From IMG/VR virus record IMGVR_UViG_2675903675_000001, positions 1 through 64,000 of that record: 64,000 bases of DNA; one strand, given 5' to 3'. This document shows, piece after piece, positions 57,255 through 64,000 of this stretch. Position 1 is the stretch's first letter. Every line of letters begins with the position of its first letter. The translations under genes and the position numbers were made by a program. The notes beneath the pieces are model-generated. The model was not told the origin of the DNA and ran no database searches. It saw only the letters and a program-made list of their open reading frames with translations. This DNA is from a virus (taxonomy: Duplodnaviria; Heunggongvirae; Uroviricota; Caudoviricetes).

Positions 57255-60200
57255 GGCTAAGGATGGCTGATTCGTTAGGTTTTAGGTTGTCATTGGATGA
57301 CAAAGATTTTGAGATCAAGATAACAAACGCCGGACGTTTGCTTGGTCGTCTTCCAGCCCACGCGAACAAGGCAAACGCGGGGATAAAAAGATTAGAGGGC
57401 GGTTTCAGCGGATTTAGTAAAACCTTGTCAGAGACGATTACAACAATCGGTATGGCATCGTTTGCTATTGGCACAATGAAATCAGCCCTTTTTGATTGGC
57501 AGAAGTCAATCTTAGACAGTGCTGGTAAATTAGAACGTCTTCAAGTCATGCTTCAAGGCTTGGCTACTTCATCAGACAGAGCTAAAGAGTCAATATCTGA
57601 CTTTAATTACATTGTTAACAAAGCAAAAAGCGCACCCTTCTCAATTGATGCCATATCAGACAGTTTCGTTAAATTAAAATCAGCAGGAATAGACCCGACA
57701 AATGGCTCGTTAAACTCCATGGTTGACGCTGTGGCTCGTTTTGGCGGCGACAGTGAGCTTCTCAAGCGTGCAACCATTGCGATCCAGCAAATGGCTGGTA
57801 AGGGCGTTGTGTCGATGGAAGAACTTCGCCAACAATTAGGTGAAGCTGTTCCAACCGCCATGCAAGCTATGGCAACCAGTATGAACCTGTCTATGGGCGA
57901 GTTAACCAAAGCCGTATCTTCGGGTAAGGTTGAGGCAACGACCGCCGTAACCGGTATGTTGAACATCATGGAGATGTCTTATAAAGGCTCCGCTAAGCGC
58001 ATGATGAATACCTACACTGGTATCGTTTCTCAAATTCAAACCAACATGGCATTGTTGGCAAAAGAGATCGGCGATGCAGGTTACATGGACGCGGTTAAGG
58101 GCGCTCTTAAAGATGTAAATAGCCTTCTGACTAGCGACGCTGCCTCTTATTACGGCAAGCAATTTGGTGATATGGCTAAAACCGTGATTGATGGTGCGAG
58201 GGAAATGTTTACATGGATCTTAAACAACCAATCCACACTTACCTCGTTGCTTCAAATTATTTTAGCTGTCGCAGGGGCTAAAATTTTCCTGTCCTTCTTT
58301 AAATCAGCAACAAGTGCAATAACCTCGTTCAACGGCGCTATTGCAAGAGCGGTGAGTGGTGGAGGTGCTGGTCTTATTGGGTTTGGTAGAGGCATTTCTG
58401 ATGTTGCAAATCGGTCGCAGCGAATGGGCGGCTCTCTTAATGTTGCTACGGTAGCAATAGGGAAAATGACTCACGCTTGGCGCGGATTAAATGGAGTGAT
58501 GAAAGCCAATCTGATTGTCGCAGCTATTACGACGGTCATTGAGATTGTGGCGTCTTTAGCATGGTGGTTTGGTCGTGTTGAGGAAAAGACAAAAGACGCC
58601 TCTGACGCAGCCAGAAATATGCCGAGTATGGTGACCGACGAACAGCTTGCCTTACTGAAAAAAAATCTTCATGAGCAGGAAAAAGAGGTTGATGAGTCGA
58701 ATAAACGACTAAGAAAAGCGAAGCAATATCGTGATCAGATTCACGACAACAAAAAAAGAGGGGTTTGGGTCGGTGATGGTAAGGTTGAGTCAGTTAACAA
58801 AGAATATGAAGAAGCCTTAAAAGAGCGCAACGATTTGGAGCAAAAATACAGCGACGACAAAAATTTAATTGAAGTTTCTGAAATGGCTCGTTCTAAAGAG
58901 GCTATGCGAAAAAAACTCGATTTGATTATGGAAGCTAATCAGAAAGAGAGTGATGTTCGTAAAGCCGACTATGAAGCTAAAAAGAAAGAGATTGAAACCA
59001 ATCGAGACAAAGAGCTTTTGGCTAATAAAGGTAATACAGAAAAACAAGAAGCTGTGCGAAAAGAATCTGCCGATAAGCTTCGTGAGATCTACGAGAATGA
59101 GGCTGAGGCTGATAGAGTTGGCTTAGAAAAAGTTCGTAAAGAGTACGATAAGCAACAGAAAGAAATTAGTGACAAAATTGTCGAAAGAACCGCTGAGTTA
59201 GGTGATGCTATGGCGGAGAAGAATGACATTTTGTTAAACAAGTTGATTTCTCAAAAAGCGCAGATTGGCATTCATTACACCGACATAGCTAACCAGATCA
59301 ACACGCTTGCTCAGGCGGTTGCTAACGGTAGAGATTTAATGTTTAAAGGTTGGAAAGGTCAAGATGGCAGTTTTAACGATGGCGGTGATGACACCTTTGA
59401 GAAGGGTGTAGATGTTATCAGAAGGAAAAATCAATTACTGGCGTTAGGTGACAAGATTGACAATGGCGAAAGTATAGCAACCATTGACGGTCGTATTTCA
59501 AAAGGCAAGGCGGAAGCTAAGGCAAGTATGGAAATTGTCGAGGTGATGAAGAAGCGAGGTCTTGCCGTTGATAATTTGAAAGAAGCCTACGATAAACTGT
59601 CTGTCTCAGAAAGAGCTAAAGTTGACGATACGCTTGCCGATGCTCGAATTCAAGATGAGGCTGATAGAAAAAAAGCTAAATTTATGGAGTCAAAAAAAGG
59701 TGAGTCAGCCGCAGAAAAAGCCAAGCGTCAAGCTGAAAAACTCGCAGCCGAGCACGTAAAAGTTATCGAACAAGCCGAGCAAATGGCGGAGAAAGTTGGT
59801 TTCGGTAGTCAAGAAGTCGTTAAGTATGATCAAAGCATTAAAGATTTGACCGACAGTCTGAAAAAACTATCCGAGTCTAAGCCTCAAGCTGGTGTTTTAA
59901 GTCAGGAGCAGATTGACGAAGCTAAAAAGCAACTTGAAGAAATCCGCGATACGTCAGAAGACTACAGAAAATCGTTAGCCAAAGACTCATCCGATCAGCT
60001 AATTTCTAAATGGGCCGGCTTCTCTAAAACAGTTGTTGGCAATATGACAACAAGTGTTGAAGAACAAAGAGTTGAGTTCAATAAAAGCTATGACGAGGCG
60101 GATAGATATTTCAAAAAAATCATTGAAAGATCTAAAGACAACAAAGAGGTTAAAGAGCATTTAGAAAACGAATACGCGAAGTTCCAAGCCGGAAAACAAG

Positions 60201-61309
60201 AAGCCTTAGTTCGCATGACGGAAACCGCCACGGCTAAAATGGCGTATGACTATCAGAACTTAGGTAACTTAATTGACGAGAACATCAAAGGTGTCTTCGA
60301 TAATTTAGAAGATAAGTTGATGAATTTCATCAGCACAGGTGAGTTTTCAATTAAAGAGTTTGGAGATTTCATTTTCACTGAGTTGCAGCGAACCTTTGTC
60401 AGAAGCATGGTTGTTTCACCAATTATCAATAGTCTAGGTTTAGGGGCTGGTGGTGATACTGGCGCAAGTCTTGTTAAATCGATGGGCACAGCCATGAGTG
60501 GTATTTTTGGCTCAGGGGGCGACAGTGGTAAAGATCCGAATGCCAAAGCCACTGATGCGCTGGGTAAAGCGGCGGAAGACACCACTGGCGCATTACAAAA
60601 TATGCAATCACAAGGAATATTCGCAACGATTGCGGCTTACGCTAAACAACTGTGGGCGACTATTACAGGGACAGCAGCGACAGAGACGAAAGCAACCGCC
60701 GAAATAACAGCAACCACCACAATCGGTACATTCACAGGTTCAGTGATTGGGGCAACAACAGCGCTTAGTGCGTTTATCGCATCTTTGGGTACTGAGAGCG
60801 CAGCAAGTGGATTGCAGGGGATCATCGGTATTGGAGCCGCTGTCGGTGGTGCCGTTGCTGGTGGTGCTTCTGGTGCTGGTGGTGCCGCCGCAGCGGGCGC
60901 GGGAAGTAATGGCTTTGCCACGGGTAGTTTTGCCGCCAACATTCCTGCATTTGCTAACGGTGGCATCATGAGTGCGCTAGGTGAGGTGCCATTAAAAACC
61001 TATGCGAGAGGAGGCATTGCGTCCTCGCCTCAATTAGCGTTATTTGGTGAAGGCAAGTACAACGAAGCCTACGTTCCACTGCCGGATGGTCGAAGCATAC
61101 CTGTTAACATGAACGTCAATGGTGGAGAATCTAGTGGCGAGGGTGGTGTGGTTATTTCTATCTCGGTGATAAACCAAGATGGTGAAAGCAAAGATTCGTC
61201 AAGCATGAGCCAAGATAAGCTTTGGAACGGCGCGGCTGAGAAAATTAAGGCGATTGTTGTTGATACAATCACAGAGAACAAAAGACCAGGCGGTATATTG
61301 TCGGAGTAA
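57251..61309 (+). CDS. tail tape measure protein
   Basis: 1352 aa; helical and coiled-coil rich; Gly/Ala-rich hydrophobic segments near the C-terminus; position after G/GT. Confidence 0.85.
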   Translation: MRLRMADSLGFRLSLDDKDFEIKITNAGRLLGRLPAHANKANAGIKRLEGGFSGFSKTLSETITTIGMASFAIGTMKSALFDWQKSILDSAGKLERLQVMLQGLATSSDRAKESISDFNYIVNKAKSAPFSIDAISDSFVKLKSAGIDPTNGSLNSMVDAVARFGGDSELLKRATIAIQQMAGKGVVSMEELRQQLGEAVPTAMQAMATSMNLSMGELTKAVSSGKVEATTAVTGMLNIMEMSYKGSAKRMMNTYTGIVSQIQTNMALLAKEIGDAGYMDAVKGALKDVNSLLTSDAASYYGKQFGDMAKTVIDGAREMFTWILNNQSTLTSLLQIILAVAGAKIFLSFFKSATSAITSFNGAIARAVSGGGAGLIGFGRGISDVANRSQRMGGSLNVATVAIGKMTHAWRGLNGVMKANLIVAAITTVIEIVASLAWWFGRVEEKTKDASDAARNMPSMVTDEQLALLKKNLHEQEKEVDESNKRLRKAKQYRDQIHDNKKRGVWVGDGKVESVNKEYEEALKERNDLEQKYSDDKNLIEVSEMARSKEAMRKKLDLIMEANQKESDVRKADYEAKKKEIETNRDKELLANKGNTEKQEAVRKESADKLREIYENEAEADRVGLEKVRKEYDKQQKEISDKIVERTAELGDAMAEKNDILLNKLISQKAQIGIHYTDIANQINTLAQAVANGRDLMFKGWKGQDGSFNDGGDDTFEKGVDVIRRKNQLLALGDKIDNGESIATIDGRISKGKAEAKASMEIVEVMKKRGLAVDNLKEAYDKLSVSERAKVDDTLADARIQDEADRKKAKFMESKKGESAAEKAKRQAEKLAAEHVKVIEQAEQMAEKVGFGSQEVVKYDQSIKDLTDSLKKLSESKPQAGVLSQEQIDEAKKQLEEIRDTSEDYRKSLAKDSSDQLISKWAGFSKTVVGNMTTSVEEQRVEFNKSYDEADRYFKKIIERSKDNKEVKEHLENEYAKFQAGKQEALVRMTETATAKMAYDYQNLGNLIDENIKGVFDNLEDKLMNFISTGEFSIKEFGDFIFTELQRTFVRSMVVSPIINSLGLGAGGDTGASLVKSMGTAMSGIFGSGGDSGKDPNAKATDALGKAAEDTTGALQNMQSQGIFATIAAYAKQLWATITGTAATETKATAEITATTTIGTFTGSVIGATTALSAFIASLGTESAASGLQGIIGIGAAVGGAVAGGASGAGGAAAAGAGSNGFATGSFAANIPAFANGGIMSALGEVPLKTYARGGIASSPQLALFGEGKYNEAYVPLPDGRSIPVNMNVNGGESSGEGGVVISISVINQDGESKDSSSMSQDKLWNGAAEKIKAIVVDTITENKRPGGILSE

Positions 61310-61312
61310 TAC

Positions 61313-61645
61313 ATGGAACGTAAAACCTTTAAATGGCACCCGAAGTTTGAATCGAGAAAAAATTTCAAAACCAATGTGGATAAGCAAGTTTTCGACGATG
61401 GTTATGAGCAGCGTTATTCATCAGGCTTCAACTGGCGTAAATTGGAGTGGAGTTTGGTCTTTGAAGGCAGCTACGCCCTTATTGATGAGATTGATAATTT
61501 CCTCTTTGAACATGGAGGTAAAAAATCATTCAAATGGGTATCGCCAGACAAGAAAAGTTATATAATTGTTTGTGATGAGTTCAATGTAGTTAAAAATCAA
61601 GGAACTAAGATTTTAACCGCATCGTTTAGACAAGTATTTGAATAA
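61313..61645 (+). CDS. minor tail protein (lambda gpM-like)
   Basis: 110 aa (lambda M is 109), directly after the tape measure. Confidence 0.6.
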   Translation: MERKTFKWHPKFESRKNFKTNVDKQVFDDGYEQRYSSGFNWRKLEWSLVFEGSYALIDEIDNFLFEHGGKKSFKWVSPDKKSYIIVCDEFNVVKNQGTKILTASFRQVFE

Positions 61646-61696
61646 ATCTACGCTACCCTCTAAACAGGGGTAGCCTGTTTCAAGGAATGAAGCACA

Positions 61697-62404
61697 ATGG
61701 CTAATAAAACGATTAGACAGCAAATTCAACAACTTTCACCTGATTCTATTTTTGAGTTCTTTGTTATCGATCTGCCTAAACGTTTCGGCGGTGGCGAGTT
61801 TTACTTTCATTCTGGCGTGAATGGGGTTTTAGGGCCGATTGTGTGGCAAGGTAAGACTTATGAGCCTATGCCAATCGAAGCAACCGGTTTTGAGATGAGC
61901 GGTGAAGGTAAGCTGCCTAGACCTAAGCTGAGAGTTGCTAATATGAACGGCATCATTTCCGCTGAGCTACAGACCAAAGATGATCTCCTTGGTTGTCAGG
62001 TAACGAGAAAAAGGACAATGCAGTGCTTTCTCGACGCGGAAAACTTCCCAAGCAAAACCAATCCAGAAGCCGACCCTAATCAACACTTCCCTGATGATAT
62101 TTGGTTTATTGACCAAAAGGCGATTGAAACGCCAGATCTTGTTGAGTTCGATCTCGCTTCCGTTTATGACCTTATGGGTGTTCAGCTACCAAACCGACAA
62201 ATCATCAGAAACTCATGCCAGTGGGAATACCGCTCTGCTGAATGCGGCTATACCGGACCTGCTTTTGATAAAGACAATAAACAAACTCTCATAGCCGGAG
62301 CCGACCACTGCCCTAAGCGGTTGGTTAGTTGCCAAGCTCGACGTAATTACTTCGCCGACGGCATTATTATGTTTGGCGGTTTTCCGGGGGCGACACGTTC
62401 ATGA
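61697..62404 (+). CDS. minor tail protein (lambda gpL-like)
   Basis: 235 aa (lambda L is 232); C-terminal Cys cluster 'CQWEYRSAECGY...CPKRLVSC' as in the gpL Fe-S site. Confidence 0.7.
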   Translation: MANKTIRQQIQQLSPDSIFEFFVIDLPKRFGGGEFYFHSGVNGVLGPIVWQGKTYEPMPIEATGFEMSGEGKLPRPKLRVANMNGIISAELQTKDDLLGCQVTRKRTMQCFLDAENFPSKTNPEADPNQHFPDDIWFIDQKAIETPDLVEFDLASVYDLMGVQLPNRQIIRNSCQWEYRSAECGYTGPAFDKDNKQTLIAGADHCPKRLVSCQARRNYFADGIIMFGGFPGATRS

Positions 62405-63174
62405 TTAAAAATATGATGAGCGCCGATCTCTACAGTTCCATGCAACTTGCGGCAGTGAAATCATACCCTGACGAAGCGTGTGGCTTGCTTGTGAACACGA
62501 AAGCGAACAAGTACGAATTGGTGCTGTGTCGCAATGTAGCGACTGACCCCGAGAATTTCTTTGTTATGGACGCTGATGACCAAATAAACGCGGAGAAGCA
62601 GGGAGACGTCGTTGGAGTGTGGCATAGCCATACAGATCAGACAAACGAAGCAAGTGAAGCGGATAAAGCAGGGTGCGAAGCATCAGAACTGCCTTGGTTT
62701 ATTATCAATGTTACGAAAAACTACGATCCCAATATTGAAGCCGACTTTCTTGTGAGTGATGTTAATGTTATCTCACCAAGCGGTTTTGAAATGCCCTATG
62801 AAGGTCGTCCATATGCTTTCGGGGTATTTGATTGCTGGATGTTATGTCGAGACTATCTAAAGAGAGAATTTGGTGTTCATGTAGACGCCTGTCCATTACT
62901 TCATATCCCTAATTGGTGGGATGGTGATGTTGATATTCTTGGCGACAACTACGAAGGTCAGGGATTGGTTAAGTTACCGCACGGCACAGAGCCTCAGCGT
63001 GGTGATTTATTCTTTATGAAGATGGGCGCAAAAATGCCCGATCATTGCGCGGTTTATATTGGTGATAACTTAATACTCCACCATCAAACAAACCGTCTCA
63101 GCAGTAAAGCCATTTATGGCGGTATGTATCAAAAATGCACTATTCACCACTTACGGCACAAGGATTTGCTATGA
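62401..63174 (+). CDS. tail assembly protein (lambda gpK-like; MPN/JAB + NlpC/P60 domains)
   Basis: JAB motif 'VGVWHSHTDQTNEASEAD' with upstream 'DEACGLL'; C-terminal NlpC/P60 Cys-His ('FDCWMLCRDY', 'HCAVYIG'). Confidence 0.75.
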   Translation: MIKNMMSADLYSSMQLAAVKSYPDEACGLLVNTKANKYELVLCRNVATDPENFFVMDADDQINAEKQGDVVGVWHSHTDQTNEASEADKAGCEASELPWFIINVTKNYDPNIEADFLVSDVNVISPSGFEMPYEGRPYAFGVFDCWMLCRDYLKREFGVHVDACPLLHIPNWWDGDVDILGDNYEGQGLVKLPHGTEPQRGDLFFMKMGAKMPDHCAVYIGDNLILHHQTNRLSSKAIYGGMYQKCTIHHLRHKDLL

Positions 63175-63794
63175 GCGAAGCAACAAGTAATTTCGTCACT
63201 TTTGAACTAGGTGGCGTTTTGGGTAAACGATTTGGAAAAGAGCACAAAATAAGATGCGCTAATGTTAGACAAGGTTTGGGGATCATCGATTGTAATCGCA
63301 GTGGTTTTCTGGCGTGGATGAAGCTAAACGCCAACAAATATCAGAAATACCATATCCGCGTTACCAAAGCCAACGGCGTAGTGCGTGACATGAGCGAAGC
63401 TGAGTTTAAGATGGAAAATCAAGGTGAGTTAGCCAACGTTCGAGTTACTCCGATTTACCGTGGCTCAGGGGGTAAAGTTTTAAGCGGCATTCAGGTTGCG
63501 GTGGGTGTTTCTCTCATCCTTGTTGGTGCATTTTCATCCGCGTTTACCGGAGGTGCGAGTATTTCAATGATGGTTGCTGGTGCGTCAATGCTGGCATCTG
63601 GCGTTATCGGTTTGTTATCTAAACAGCCTAAAATTAAAGTAGGCGTGGATAATCGGAAAAACTCAACCTACTTTGATGGGCCTCAAAACACCATCGAACA
63701 AGGCGATCCGGTTCCGCTAATTTACGGTGACGAGATACTGGTCGGTTCCAAGTTAATCAGTCTTAAACTTTCCGTAGATCAAATCCCAACTTAA
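63171..63794 (+). CDS. tail assembly protein (lambda gpI-like)
   Basis: ATG 63171 with AAGGA RBS, ATGA overlap with the gpK-like stop; C-terminal hydrophobic segment 'VAVGVSLILVGAF...MMVAGASMLASGVIGLL' as in gpI. Confidence 0.65.
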   Translation: MSEATSNFVTFELGGVLGKRFGKEHKIRCANVRQGLGIIDCNRSGFLAWMKLNANKYQKYHIRVTKANGVVRDMSEAEFKMENQGELANVRVTPIYRGSGGKVLSGIQVAVGVSLILVGAFSSAFTGGASISMMVAGASMLASGVIGLLSKQPKIKVGVDNRKNSTYFDGPQNTIEQGDPVPLIYGDEILVGSKLISLKLSVDQIPT

Positions 63795-63804
63795 CACATC
63801 AAAA

Positions 63805-63835
63805 GAGGGTGCATTCCGCGCCCTTTCTTATTTTA
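63805..63835 (+). terminator. rho-independent terminator
   Basis: gagggtgc-attcc-gcgccctt followed by tcttatttt. Confidence 0.6.
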
Positions 63836-63942
63836 CTTAGCCTAGCTCCCATAAGATATATAACAATCTTTACTCTACAATAATCTTAAATATTCATTAT
63901 AATAAGTAGGTGGATACTTATATAATATATGGAGATTAAAAG

Positions 63943-64000
63943 TGAAGAAAAATATCCCTTTGGCTGGTGCTGGTGGCGGAGGAAAGCAAAGCTCTCGAAC
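63943..64000 (+). CDS. host specificity/central tail fibre protein (lambda gpJ-like), N-terminal 19 codons only
   Basis: GGTGGA RBS; 'MEIKSEEKYPFGWCWWRRKAKLS' begins like J-family proteins; gene order after gpI. Confidence 0.5.

Noticed and set aside
57607-61374. Antisense and alternate-frame ORFs within the tape measure gene (e.g. 57607-57969, 60253-60585, 60637-60969, 61069-61374)
   Set aside because: Embedded in a 1352-aa gene. The Gly/Ala-rich segments reflect the codon bias of the TMP C-terminus and are not independent genes.

Overview
This window reads as a temperate siphovirus of the phage-plasmid type, possibly SSU5/pHCM2-like; that assignment is from memory of gene content, not a search. 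It contains the following regions.

- **1..3500:** the C-terminus of a RecA-like recombinase and a small-membrane-protein/SPFH pair.
- **4635..6060:** a plasmid-type replicon. A RepA-like initiator is flanked on both sides by 15-bp iterons, with a cluster of 5 GATC sites and DnaA-box-like 9-mers. This is the P1 oriR-repA-incA arrangement.
- **7266..21945:** a T4-like recombination and nucleotide-metabolism block: SbcD/SbcC, RuvC-like resolvase, NrdA/NrdB, MazG-like, ThyA-like with an insertion, DHFR, a P-loop kinase, a DnaQ-like exonuclease and a phage-type Dam methyltransferase.
- **22760..38970:** an accessory island carrying a complete Type I R-M system on the minus strand in hsdM-hsdS-hsdR order. 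HsdS has a TAEL-TAEL central repeat like the EcoR124 (type IC) family. The island also holds an Ail/Lom-like outer membrane protein and a 563-aa protein whose C-terminus is an NPPY-type SAM methyltransferase domain. A 1.5-kb ORF-free stretch follows; about 700 nt of it (33340..34060) is strongly T-depleted. Then comes an array of six small plus-strand genes, each with its own promoter and leader and its own UUCG-loop terminator; several of these modules are duplicated. The island ends with 24-bp and 33-bp tandem repeats.
- **38973..43959:** a minus-strand early-like operon ending in an SF2 helicase.
- **44005..46922:** two ParB-nuclease-like proteins, an ABC-type ATPase and a GNAT-like protein.
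- **47366..64000:** a lambda-like morphogenesis module (terS, terL, portal, scaffold, capsid, a DUF2829/Tad2-like small protein, head-tail joining genes, major tail protein, G/GT chaperones with a candidate -1 frameshift, tape measure, M/L/K/I homologues and the start of a J-like protein).

Two sequence motifs recur in intergenic regions across the genome: CCTAGCTCCCATA and TAGGTAT[A/T]TAC.
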